A DNA stretch of 64,000 nt from Hydrolagus colliei (Eukaryota): contig CM068748.1 of assembly GCA_035084275.1 (NCBI GenBank), positions 16,058,001-16,122,000 on the forward strand, given 5' to 3'. The position numbers and the translations under genes were made by a program. Within the stretch, counting starts at the first letter, position 1, and the number at the start of each line of letters is the position of its first letter. This document shows positions 26,126-39,282 of this stretch, piece by piece. The notes beneath the pieces are model-generated. The model was not told the origin of the DNA and searched no databases. It worked only from the letters and a program-made list of their open reading frames with translations.

Positions 26126-29100
26126 AGAAGGTTAGACTGTTGCCCTTTTGCATTTGGGATCTGAGATCAGATCTAACTTTAATGCATTCCAACTTTTTAT
26201 CTGCCCTCCAGCACTAGTTCTCTCTGTTGTGTACGCTCTTGCTGTCTCTCTCTCTCTCTCACACACACAAAGTAGGTTGGCTAATCTCGAGCAATTTTGT
26301 ATTGGATACAGAGCTGCTCACAATTAAGCACATATGGGTAATATAGTACACTGGTTTCATGGATGACTGGGCTGAGAAGTGGAGCTCTTAATCTGTTTGG
26401 TGGTTGACACATTCCCAGGGCAAAGTAACAAGAGCTTTGCAGTTCATTTCCACTGATTTGCTTGCACTCATGTTACACCTGCAGACAAGTAAAAGAGGAC
26501 AAAAAACATGGTATGAATTTATTTCCTCTATTGGGTGAAACTCTTGCAGTGATATTGGCTCCAAATCCAGCTGCTTCCAAATCAGGCTTGTATAAATATT
26601 CCCCAATTAAGTCATTTAACTGGTGAGATTTTCCCCATCGTTCCTTGTATATCAGTGTAAGATGTGGGCAGGCAATTCAATATTCTTAAGTGTATGCACA
26701 GGGTCAGGGCAAAGGCGAGCGTAAACATTGGTGGGGAATCAAAATCAATTGAGCTTAACAAATCAGAATTGAATGATTCTCCCAGTGAAAGCGGAGTATT
26801 TAAAAGCACTAAGCCTTCTGGATGGTAATTATAGTTCAGATATCTGATTTACCCCAGGGATATGCTGATTACTTTATTACCAGAGCAATATTCATCACCA
26901 AACAACAGTCGTCTTGTCATGGTAATGGCTGCTTATGAAAGTCACATCATCTGATCTCGTGGGGTTAATGAGATTTAAACAAGGAGGGGCTGTTATTGTC
27001 GGTTAATGATGCAGTGCTTCAAGGAAGTGATGATCAATGGATCCAGATGGTTCTAATGAGATTTAGAAATCGCCTAAAAATCTTCGTTTGACACATAGGT
27101 TTTGCCTAGAGACTCAATTATCCTGTTTTCTGGTTCAAATTAAAAGGGCTCATTATTCATACACTCTCTTGTCCTTGCTTGTGTGAGATGGATAACTCCC
27201 ATCTTATTCTGTTTAATTAAGCCCTATGATAATCAATATACCGTATTGTGTATCATTGTGCAAATTAATCCATGTTAACATTACAGTAAATACAGATGTT
27301 TTATGAAAAAATGTTGTGAGGGAGTATGGTATAATTAAATAGATGAGAAGTTTCTAAATGTAAATGCTGCAGCTGATTACCATCAAAATGCCACGGTCTC
27401 AATGATTTCTATTCCATGTGGGAATGTATGCCAAGTCCCGTTACAAAGTCTACAGTTAAATGACCTGCTTGAAATTCTGGAGGGCGCATTTAAGGTTATT
27501 TCTCAGCAGATTGTTTAAGTCATTGCAGAACAAATGTTAAAAATCCCATCAGTCCTCAGAAGCCGAGCAAAATCTTTACAATCCGAGATTGTGGAAGAGA
27601 TTTTGATAGAGATATTGACTTTGAATTGATGCTGGTTATTCATTGAAAGATATTAGTACAGTGTATTAAGAGTTAGTGGTTCAGGTGTGTATTATGCACA
27701 CATTGTACATTGTACTGTGAGAATTTATTCAATTTCAGCGAGCACTGACATCACGAATGTTTAGTGTTTTATGTCATTGCTGACTACTCCATTTTATTAA
27801 TTACCTTGATATTGTATTGAAATATTTAGACAGTCAATGATTGTTCCAATCTCAAGATGACTGATAATTATTTTGTCTAATTGATCAGAATTATCATTCA
27901 CTCAAAACATTTCAGATATTGATCCAATCTTATTTGGATTCCTCTTCTACTTATTACATATCCCACAGCCAAACACTTCAAACATTAGTTTTGAGCCATA
28001 ACCTTTATAATCTTCATGTTTTACACAGATGTTTAATCTTATCTATTTTGTGAAGTTGTTTAATAATGATTAATAATGATTAAACAACTGATAAAAATAG
28101 TTTTATGAATTTTTAAAGTAAATATGCTGCAGTAACTTCTTTATAAGAGAGCAAAGTGATGAACGGCAGGGCCAGAGCTGGAAACATTTGCTTTCTTGAC
28201 ATTTTAGATGTGTTAATTGACGCCAACAAGTAAATATACACAGAGAGAAATAATATGGCTAATTATTCTATATTTTTATTAATTCACTCGGGGATAAAGT
28301 TGAAATTCTATGGAATATGCATTCATAATTGTTAATATTCTACAGCAAAAATGCTCCCGGCAGGTGAGCTGATTTATAGCAGACTAACTAGTACAGTTTG
28401 CAGTTTCAAATCCAGCGGGTGAACATTCTTTACAAGTGTGTTTGTGCATGCATTGAGCTGTAATGAAATGAAAAGTTGGCAGTGTATTTGACTAGTGAGT
28501 TGTGTTTTTCCAGAGTAGAAGTGAGGCCTCATGCCCTTTTGATACTGTGAATGATAAAACAGAGCATGCCACGAGTTCTAGCACTGTCAGGTTTATAACC
28601 ACCAGTAGAAATAATGCGGACTGACCATAGTGCTGATTCCACATGAAATTAGAATTGTTCAGGATCCACACACACCAAGCACTGTGATATAAATAGCGTG
28701 TTTCCCAACATCCTTCCTAATATAGTTGCTTCTCCTTCAGCACATAGGTACCCGAACTGTGTTCAGAAAAATGTTCCGCTCAGTTCTTTCTGTAACACAT
28801 AAAAACTGCCATGAAAAGTTTCACTTGTGAACTGTGACGTTGGTGTGGTTCCCAAACACACTTTGTTCCCCTCCCACCAAATCACAGAAGGCACAACTCT
28901 GATTGTTTCTAGATTGGAGAGATATTTGAGACCCTCACATTATCCTGGTTTCTTAATGCTTCTCCAGATGGACAGCTTTGTACTCATGATTATTATTCCT
29001 CTACACTTTCATCCTTTCACATGAGCTAGGTTTTGTTTAAGTGTAATTGTTTGGGAAGTCAGAATAATCTGCTGGCATCCATAACCTTGTCCTGCAGTTG

Positions 29101-30004
29101 TTGTATCAGCAAAGCTCATTCCAGTTGGCTAACTACTTAATGTTAGGTGACACCGTGCTTTCCATTTGATAATGTTTAATTGTAGACACTTTTGATTACA
29201 TTGGAGCTTAAACTCTTGGCTTCTCCTCATGGTGGTTTGTATGTGTCTGCAATCTAATTAATGAAAAACTATTGCTTTAACACATTGTTTGGCCTTGGAT
29301 TGGATCCAGGACACTTATTGCACGTGTAAAAAGAAACAGAATGTAAATGCTTTTTATGGCATGTGATCAAACACCAGCGGAAACAAATCCAAAATGACAG
29401 GGTGATAACACAAAGCAGCCTCAACTGTTCTTTGAACCATGCATCATCTTCCCCCATCCCCCCAGCCCTGCACCACCTTATTTCCCCATCAGCTCGTTAA
29501 GATGTCACTTTAAGATGTCCTCCTGATCTGAAAAGTGCTATAAAATGTAAGTTGTTGTAGTAAGCGCTCTGGGACCCTGTGTGCGAGGGCGTGACCTCCT
29601 GTAGCCCCATTGTCAGGGTACAGGTGAGCTTGGCGAGCTATATTATTTTGGCGGATTTCCAGACTCTTCGAGCTTTGTGTCAGTGTCCAGTCCCTCCCTC
29701 TCGCATCCGAGGAGGCCGCACAATTTCTGTTACAGAAACCATGAATTTTTATTGGCCACAATCTAGTATGGGTCAGTTCTTCATGTATAGTTTTTTTTAA
29801 TCAATAAAGTGAAAAAATGAATGTTTGCAGTAAAATATACCTCAATAGCACTAATCAACTCTTCCCCCCACCACACAATCACACAATGCTGTGAATTGTC
29901 ATAAAATGGTAAAGCACTTGTCCTGATTATGAGATGGCTTTAGCCATTGTACAGAGAAAGAGAGAACCACAATCAATAACTGGCACTTTGTCTCTCACAA
30001 ACAG

Positions 30005-30073
30005 GTTGTGCTATGTGAAGCTGAAGCTGCTGCTGATAGCCATAGAGTACAAATCAGACAAAAGGGAGAGCAG
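30005..30073 (+). CDS. KCNMA1: KCNMA1 exon, 69 nt: LCYVKLKLLLIAIEYKSDKRES
   Basis: aaacag|GTTGTG...GAGCAG|gtgagt. Confidence 0.96.
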
Positions 30074-30399
30074 GTGAGTGTTCCAGCATTTGTTGTGAAT
30101 CATTAATACTTAACTGCTAATTGCTCACTGGATCTTTCCAATCAAGGAGTTTGGTAAAATGTTGACTCCTAATACCCAGTGCAGTACTATGGTTACTATG
30201 CAGCAAGCATTTTTAACATTGTTTCACAGTGGCATCTCAGTTCTTATCTATAGCAGGGAACAGGAAATCTTATAATGCACACAATACAATTATCGTAATC
30301 GTGTGGTGTTTCACGCGATTTAGTTTATCAAGCTAATATGAAAAAAAATCCCAACTGATGATTTTTATGTCCTCCCACCACCGCCCATTGATGGGCAGG

Positions 30400-30638
30400 A
30401 TACTGGAGAAACTCCATTCTCTTTTTGAATGTTGCCATGGGATCCTTAACATCCTAAATAGGCAGACGTGATCCCGGTTTAATGTCTCATTCGAAGGATG
30501 GCGCATCAAACAATGCAATACACCCCCAGCACTACATTGAAGTGTCACCTTAGAATGTGTGATTCCGTGACCCAGCATGGAGCTTGAACTCACAACCTTC
30601 TGACTCAAGTGAGAATGCTACCACTGAGCCAGGCTGAC
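30400..30638 (-). mobile_element. Deu-domain SINE (SacSINE1/AmnSINE1-like) with tRNA-derived head
   Basis: Minus strand reads GCTCAGTGGTAGC...GTTCAAGC, then CCTTCGAATGAGACATTAAACCG...GGATCCCATGGCAAC...GGAGTTTCTCC, matching the Deu domain as recalled. Confidence 0.7.
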
Positions 30639-30661
30639 ACACAATGTGCATGTGCTTCCAA

Positions 30662-30980
30662 ATAACATAATAATAATCCTTGCATTTGATATAGTGTTTT
30701 TCATGTTTTCTAGACGTCTCAAAGCGCTTCACAGAATATAATGTAAAGTTAATTGACTGTATATTTATGGGCGAAACGCGGCAGCCAATTGCGCACAGTA
30801 GTGTCCCACAAACAGTCGAGGATTGAAACGACCAATTTATTATAGTTTTTTTTGGACAGATTATTATTTGGCATGTGGAGTAAGGAAACTTGCCCAAGGT
30901 TTCACCCTGACCTGCCTGGATTTGAAACACAGGTCTGACGCTTGTAAGGCGAGTGCTCTAACCACTGAGCTACATGACTC
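30662..30980 (-). mobile_element. Near full-length tRNA-derived SINE
   Basis: Head GAGTCATGTAGCTCAGTGGTTAGAGCAC, TTGGGCAAGTTTCC core and (TTA)n tail. Confidence 0.8.
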
Positions 30981-31930
30981 CACAAACATCGGGGAGAGTT
31001 TAAATGGAAACAAAGAGGCAAATATTTTGCTTTGTATGCCAGGGTTCATTATAGATTCTGCTACTTTGAAATGTGCAGTGAGTGAATGATGCTGATTAAA
31101 AGCCCTTTCTAAATATAGCCTCTTAATGGAAACAGGCTTTATGTCAACCAAAGTATTCCTTTATCAATTCATTCCCATTTAGTAAGTAAGCTATTGATCA
31201 TGTACTGATCCTAATTGTCAGTAACGTGTTCAAGAACTAGAGCCATTGACCCGTTTCTGACACTAGGCTTGCAGTAGTTGAGGAAAGTAGCCTATGAGCT
31301 TCTTTGGATCTGTTGAATAGCAATAGCACAATCGGTTGAAACGATCATGCTGGTTAGACGTAATCGCACCTGAAAAACCTTCACCGACCTCAAAGGAAGT
31401 TTAACCACGTGCAAACAAAAGCCATTCCTTCCATTTGCAGACTGAGAATCACCACTATGTAGCATTTCCTACATCAGATGACATTTAATCCCACTTTTAG
31501 CAAAATGATCTGGTGAAAAAGCATTTAAACAATAAGCACAAGATGACTACAGGCATAATCTTGGTTGTGTCAAATGAGCATCCAGTGAAAGTGACGAAGG
31601 TATGCTGGAGGAAGGAGATGGGTGGGACAGATTGCTTTTCTTCTATGGTCAAAGCTAGCAATACCATTAACTGTTGGCTTTCTGAAGCACATTTCACAGT
31701 AAGTCCCTGATGTAAGGTTCACAGGTCTATAGAAGAACACCTTGTATTATAATGGGTTGAGTTACAGTGGGGCTGGCAGTCAAATTTCCATGTCATCAGG
31801 TCGCCATTGAGTCTTTGACATACGCTAAATGCTGTGGCAAAGTGAAAAATCTAATTAATAATTGTTGAATGCAGAAAGCTGGCTGTTCAGTTGCGTTCCC
31901 AGTGAGGTTGCTTGTCAGGAGGCATTCTGC

Positions 31931-32345
31931 ACAATAACAACAAGAAAATTACACTTGGATAGCACCTTTCACATTGGGAGGAACGGTGGAACCACAGGCA
32001 CCTGTGTGCCTTGCACAGAAAGCTGGCTTGTCAGAATCGGAAGCTGGAAATATTCTGCATGTTTGGTCTGAAGGTCCAGAGTATGGGGCAGAGAGGCTGA
32101 AAGCCCGGCCACCAATGGTAGAGCGGGTCGGGCGGGAGACATGGAGTAGACCAGAGCCTGCTGAATGGAGGGGGCGGGCAGGTTGATAGGGAATCAGTCG
32201 GTCCGAGAGGTAAGAAGGGGCAAGGCCGTGAATGGCCTTAAAAGTGAGGACGAGGATCTTGAATTCAATTCTCTGGGTGGGGGGAAGGGAATAGGAAGAC
32301 AATGGAGCCGAGCGAAGGTGGGAGTGATGTGGTCGCGGAGCTTAG
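31931..32345 (-). mobile_element. L2 fragment (ORF2 C-terminus and tail)
   Basis: IEFKILVLTFKAIHGLAPSYLSD...GGRAFSLSAP on the minus strand. Confidence 0.85.
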
Positions 32346-32870
32346 TTTAGCTTTTCATGTGACAAATGGCACCTCTGACACTGTAGCACAATGATAATTT
32401 CTGACAAAGTCTGACAATTTCAAAAACAGGAATCACGAAAGATTCATAAATACTGAATTCAACCTATAATTTGATGCATATCACACCAGCCCACCAACAC
32501 TGCACCGTGACAGATCTTGAAGTGTATCATATATTCATGTACTGTATAATATTTTCATATTTCACTACAATATATAACAACGATGTGGACTAGAATCCCA
32601 ACTCTCCCCTTCATCCCTGTCCTTCACAGTATTGTGTGCTTACCATGAAAAATAATACAACATTCAAGCAAACCCTGTGTGTTCTCATCTGCAATGCTTT
32701 GATCTTGTGTTTTTTGTTTTTTTGCTTATATTGGTGTTTAGAATGAGAAAAGTGTTGTCTTGTTTTTTTGTCAAGAAAAAGATTTTCTCACTCTGCTTTG
32801 TTTTTTGTTGTTGCCACCTGTTTGTTTCTACCAAAGTGTTTGATTTGAAATGTTCTCTTGTTCTTTGCAG

Positions 32871-32882
32871 AATTAGAAAGCG
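32871..32882 (+). CDS. KCNMA1: Alternative 12-nt microexon, orthologue of the SRKR insert (gives RES-RIRKR-ILINPG)
   Basis: ttctcttgttctttgcag|AATTAGAAAGCG|gtatgc; symmetric phase 2; lies at the known SRKR splice site. Confidence 0.88.
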
Positions 32883-35235
32883 GTATGCCCTCTTCATTCA
32901 CTCACCTGCAAAAAAAAACCTCAACCCTACCTTCCTTCAACTCTTCCTTTTGATTTCTAACCCAATTCCTATAAAGCTAATTATTTGTTTTTCATCAAGT
33001 CAGGAGTATCATATAAATTTTTCTCCATTTAAAAAAAATCCATGCAAAAAAGCATTTCCTTTCTTTACTACCAAAGCAATAATTTCCTTTGTGGTAAAAA
33101 TCTACCAATCCACAGCAGTGTCTTATGGTTTTTTTCCTTGTCCAAGCACAGATTGTGATCATTCTTGCTTCATAAAATGTTTGTACTTTACTCCTCCCCT
33201 TCATTAATAATCCTCACCTCCATTAATCGTTTAATGTAAATGTCCATTGCAGCTCATGTGCTGCCTTCGTGTTACTCGTCAGTGTCTAACTGATGTCGTT
33301 TTCCATTATCTTCTTTTAAAGTACACCTGAAGTTGCCCATAATTTTGCAAAATTAGGAATATTTGAAAATCTTGCTAACTAACGAGCCAGTATTTATTTT
33401 CTGTCTGATTTATACCGATAGTTTTTGAGAAACATTGAGAGTAACAGATCACATTTCGTGCTTCATATCGATTTACCTCAAGTTTATTTAAAAATCATTG
33501 GCTATATTGTGGAATTTTATTTGACATTTCCTTGAAGTTTTTTATTGCATTAGCATGCTTGTCAATGATTTATTCTGTTCACGTCAAAGATCACCACTTG
33601 CCCTGTTTGCTGCTTGACACTGAGTGAAAAACATCATACGTGAAACAAAATATTTTTGGTGTTCCTTTATACGGACACCTGTTTGCTATTTACTTTCATT
33701 TTTTCAGACCAGGTTATCCCTTTCTTTTCTCTCTTCATTGAATTGCTCTCACACTCCTTCCCCACACCCACATTTTGCTACTTTGTATCTGTGCTTCCTT
33801 TTACCTTTTGCTTTGTGTCTGTCCCTCACCTCCTTGCTTTGTGTGCCTCCTGTGTTACGTGCAGTGGCTATATTTACAACAAAAGTAAGTTACTTCCTGT
33901 CAGTATTGTATTCAATGATACAACTGCAGCGAAGTTACTGCAGTGCCTCCTACCTGTTCTGTGATGTGAAATAGTTTGTTGTGGATGCATGCAATCGTAA
34001 TTCACAGCCTGAAAGACTACCAGATAAACTTGCTTCTGGAATTTCCACTTAATTTTACATCATTTAACCACAAATCCACTAAGGTATAAATATGGGACAG
34101 TAAAAGGCAGTCTCTATAAATAAACAATTTCTCATAATAATAATAATAGGTTTAATGTCTGCAGAGACCTGATCTCCCATTGGCTGTGTGTTAATCCCTG
34201 AACACTGGCAGATTCTAGGAAAAACTGAATTACGCTGACAGTTTTTATAAAATCACTTGATTTGAATGATGGACCACAAAGGAGCTTCCATCCTCAATCC
34301 ATACAGAATCATCTGATCTTATCTGAGATGACAATGAGGAGGAGGGACTGACCTTTTAAGTAACACTTCTGTCTATCCAAGATGCTTTGAATTATTAAAC
34401 GACACCTGTACCATTGTAGAAGAAATTGTAACAGGTACACTTTACCTACATTAAACAGAGTAGGACATGTTGAATAAGCTAGATAATCGAGAGCAGCACA
34501 CTTAATTTTGCTTTCCTTCAATTAATTCATTAATTAGGACAAATGATGATAACTGCAAATTGCTACATTTCCAATGAAATTCTGAAACTTGCCTGAATTA
34601 ATATATGCCACTGGATTGGTAATTTGTGGCTATGCATTAACTTAATTTCAAATAAATCACCATTTTGTGAAAGCAACACAATAGTAAATTGCTATTTGAT
34701 CATTGCAGAAATGCAGTGAAATGTACATTCTTCAGTTTCTTCAGTTGGTGCAATAATATTTTTTCTGAATATACAATCAATCACCATTATATTTGGAAGC
34801 AATACTGAAGTAGAGGTACGTAACCAATGAAAGGCCTCTATTCTCGACCAGTACAAGTAATGACCTTAAAAGCCATGAAGAGCAAGAGGTTAAATCCTGG
34901 AAGCAATTTTACTCTTTCTTTTGAACATGCCATGTCATGTCCCAAGTGCGTTTTTCTTTTCTGTCCTCTTTTTGAGCAGAAAACTGAATATCTTGTCCAA
35001 CTACAAGTATTGGGAGTGCCCAGAAGAATGAGCTGGATGTTTATTCTGAACAGTTGGGGTTATTGCATGATTTCAGTCTGCAGTCTGATGCCATACTCAA
35101 GCATTGTGAAACTCGTCAGTGTATCAGCCATCTCTTTCCTTTGGGCCAGGTTAACAAAGCTAATGTATAGATAGCTGTGCTGTGTACTAGTTATAATCTA
35201 GATTTTTATTACCTTTTACATTTTGTGCCTTGTAC

Positions 35236-35269
35236 TTTAAGCTATGTACCATTATGTACATAGCTTAAA
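35236..35269. repeat. Perfect 14-bp inverted repeat with a 6-nt loop
   Basis: TTTAAGCTATGTAC-cattat-GTACATAGCTTAAA. Confidence 0.85.
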
Positions 35270-36084
35270 CAGTATTAATGAATTACGTTGCAAATAACTT
35301 TTCAATCACTGGGGAATTGTACAGGCTATGGTAATTGATTTTTACCATGATGTTTACTCCAGTCTTGAAAAGAAACATCAGATAACAGATCTGATAGAAG
35401 TCTATAAAATGTTGAATAAGTTGAAGAAAGTAAACACCCCAAAATTGTTTTCTTTCCTGTGACAAGTGAGCAGGCAGGATAGGAGAAAACACATTCATAG
35501 TTGTGAAGGGCAAGTTGAGAACAGACACCAGGAAATATATGTAAAATATTCCCGTACACTCCTTGTGGATAGCTCAGAAACAACCTGCCTGAGGGCAAGA
35601 GATCATCGATCTTCTCAGTTGGGAAATGTATCATGTTATGGGGAGTGAGCACGCTCAATACGTGAAGGAGGTAATTTGGGTCCCATTGAGTTGGAAAGTG
35701 TGTTTTGGAGGGATATAATGGCAAAGGTACAGGAATAAGCAGCTTCAGAACTATAATCTTTACCTGAATTAGAAACAGTATTTAGTTTGGAGTTACCAAC
35801 ATCCAGAAGAAGGATTTTTCTTTTCTTCTGCTTTGTTATCAGAAAGCTATAGAATTGGGTGAGTTAGAACTTATTTTGGGAGATGCTGTCAAGCAGATGG
35901 TATTTTGCTACCCATATATCTAAATATTAACATAGTACAATAATCCACTTCATTTAGGCATCAATTGAATCATTCACCATCATCTGTGCAGTATATTCAG
36001 CCATTGAACTTGATCAGGAGTTAGTGCAATCCATACAAAAGTGACTTACATTGCAGTAAAGATGCTTGTACCAGTCCCCTTTGA

Positions 36085-36249
<165 letters not shown>

Positions 36250-36921
36250 TAGGTGCTCCCTCTGATAAGAGAAATTCTCGTCTACTTTCACTTAATTGTT
36301 TCATGTGCTAAATGCGGTGAATAAAATCTGCCCTTTTGGTTATGGGTGAGGGGTAGAGCTTTCATGCACCGTTATCCAAACTTGTATGAGAATGAATCCC
36401 AGTCATTGCTATTAATCCAGTGATTGAACAATAAAAATCTTTAAACTATTTTCTGAACAGGTCTTGCAGTGATAGCAACTCTTTAAACATTATAGCCGCT
36501 CAATGAAAGATTATGAGGTGTGGGACCAAGTTTTGGACTCTCAGCTGGAAGGCTGAGATCCAATACCAATTTTGAGCACCAAAGCCACAATTACTGCTCG
36601 GCACTAAATTGTCACTACAAGGACAGCTGGGGTGGGGAATGGAAATTCTTAATCAGTGCATTAGGCCATGTTACGAGTTTTGGTCAAACATTGTGGCTGT
36701 TGGAGACGATGATAAAGCGATAACCATTACCCGATGAACACATTTCAGGAAACCAGTTTTGAAACATTGTTGTCATTGTATTGTAAGGTTCGACAAAAAA
36801 AATTGGTTGGATTAGCTGCAGAAAATATTGAGATGGGGGATATTATACAGATGTTGAAAAGGTCTCTTGCTGAGAGGTGCGGAAAATGTGACAGCGGAAG
36901 GTTATTAAACTTGCACTGTAA

Positions 36922-37125
<204 letters not shown>

Positions 37126-38059
37126 TAATTCTCTTATTTTTTTACCTGGAGTCAATTTGCTACTGTGCCTGAATGTGTTAAAATTAGCAAGATTTTGCAG
37201 ATATTGCTGGGGTAACTTGTCTGTTGTGCAATGGTTGTTTTTTTTTACCAGTTTGTCACTTAAGATGAGAGATAAAATAGAGCAGTTAAAACTCCATTTA
37301 GCTACCCATTAGATATTAGATATACAGAGTACACTATAAATGATCAGTATTTAAAAGCAGCAGGCTTTTATTTTAAACAGTTTTGAAGTGTACAGGTGCA
37401 CATTTTATTGCATCTCCACCATTAATTATAGCCCTCATTTGGCCGGGGTTTGTTTCAGCAGCAATAAAAAAATGTTATAGACAATAAACCTTTCGTTCTT
37501 GATGTGAAAGGAGGTCAGTGCATTTGAAAAGTCAACTCTTACTAATTATTGAAAGGCAAGCCTTTATATGTTGTAAAAGCAACGTTGTTTTTATCCTCTC
37601 CTTAAGATAATTGTCAAACGAAAATATTTTGAAATAAAATGGCTCTTTATTTACAGTTGATCCATAACCAATTCTTTAAATAGAGGCTCTTTCTCTGATC
37701 TTGAGGTGTTTTCTTCTCCTGCCACAAAATATGCAGCTGATTGGGAGAGCAAAGCAGTAAACCAGGTTACACAGTCTCTGCTAATGCCGCTCAAAAGTTA
37801 ATCCTAGAAAATTCTCAAAGGTAGCCCTGGGCAGAGACTTTCTCACCCAATGGCATAGTTGTCACCTGCCCTCTCAGTACACTGAGAGCCAAATTCACCG
37901 CCCCACCCAAAAAAAAGCAGTGGCCGCCTACTCTAACCTACTTGAATAAGTATTAAAAACAATCAAGTAAATGGGAGTAACATTTCATTGGGTTCTTTTC
38001 AGAGATGCCTTGATCTGATGTAATGGCAAAGCAGACATTTTCAGATTAATATAATCCCA

Positions 38060-38205
38060 TCACTGCTGTGTGCAATTGCATGCTGGTTTCCCCCCCACAA
38101 AATATGCAGTCACTACACTTTACAGTGTATTATGTGAAGCACTTTGAGACATTTTGAAGACTTGATAAGGTGCCACATTAAATGCAAGAATTATTATTAT
38201 TATTA
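38060..38205 (+). mobile_element. SINE 3' half
   Basis: gtgcaattg...cactttacag...gaagcactttgagac...(att)n, the same as the other SINE tails. Confidence 0.65.
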
Positions 38206-39273
38206 CTGTAAACAAGGAATCGGAGAAAATTAATGGATATTGAGCACCAAAGTGATTAGACGACTAACACATCACCTCCCCCCTACCCCCCACCCCCAAA
38301 AAATATATAAAAGGTTTGTGGAGAAGAACAACGTTTCAAAAACGAGGAGATCAAATTTGAGTCTATTAATGATGTGATGTGGAACAGATGTATAAATAAA
38401 ATGACATGATTAGTGAGGCTGAAGAAGGAGCTTGTCAGAACTAAACTGCCTCTGTTTGAAAACTCTAGAGATAATGCTCCAAGTCAGCTGGAAAAACAAA
38501 GACAAACCCTTGCCAAATGTATTGTATTTTGCAGCCCATAATGGTGGATCATACAATATGCAATACATAAGTACCAGGAAGATGTGGATGATTTAAAAAA
38601 AATACACACATCATAGGATCTGCTGTCGCACTTAGAACCCAGTTCCAGTAGATTTATCATTACATTGGCATTAGTCATGTCACATTGTTAACATATACCT
38701 GACCTACTTAACCACTTGTCCAAACCTGTTAGGCCCATTATTAATAATTTAAACAAAAAACTTGGTGCATCAGCAGAGGTCAAGAATAATTAAAGTGAGT
38801 AGGCTTTATCTTTTTAAAAAGACTGCTTGAAAGCTCGACAAAAATTCATCTTAAAAGTATCATTATTTTTTCATATTAATCTAAATAATTCAAGGACAGT
38901 ACAGAATTTGCAAGTAAAGGTTCATATTAGGGGGGAAATAGCTATTTTGAATTTTAAACAAGACCTGCCATATAAAAGAAAATGACTCAACAGAAAAACA
39001 AAATGTGTGTGTCTTATTGTTTAATATGTACATTTCTTTCATGTATGTGAACTTGGTTCCTAAACATTCATGGCTTTTTGACATGTGCCACTGTCATGAT
39101 TTCTGTGATAGGAGATAAAGAACAAAGATGTGTTTATTGTCCTGATATCAGGCACTCAAACGTCCATGTATGAAATGATTGCAAGTATCTTTTGATGATT
39201 GACATAATTTTGATTTATTTTTCTCCTTGCTGCCTATGGAACATGAAACTGTAATTTAACTGCACACTGATAG

Positions 39274-39282
39274 TGATCTATT
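39274..39282 (+). CDS. KCNMA1: Alternative 9-nt 'IYF' microexon (TGATCTATT)
   Basis: tgcacactgatag|TGATCTATT|gtgagt; symmetric phase 1; encodes L-I-Y-(F/S); upstream TGC at 39261 and downstream TGCATG at 39361. Confidence 0.9.

Noticed and set aside
30900-30980. tRNA-like sequences (also at 6778, 10700 and 30600)
   Set aside because: They are SINE heads continuous with SINE bodies; no intact cloverleaf.
32677-33207. 176-aa + strand ORF, the longest in the track
   Set aside because: T-rich intron sequence with a non-ATG start; only the 12-nt microexon, and possibly its extension, is supported as coding.
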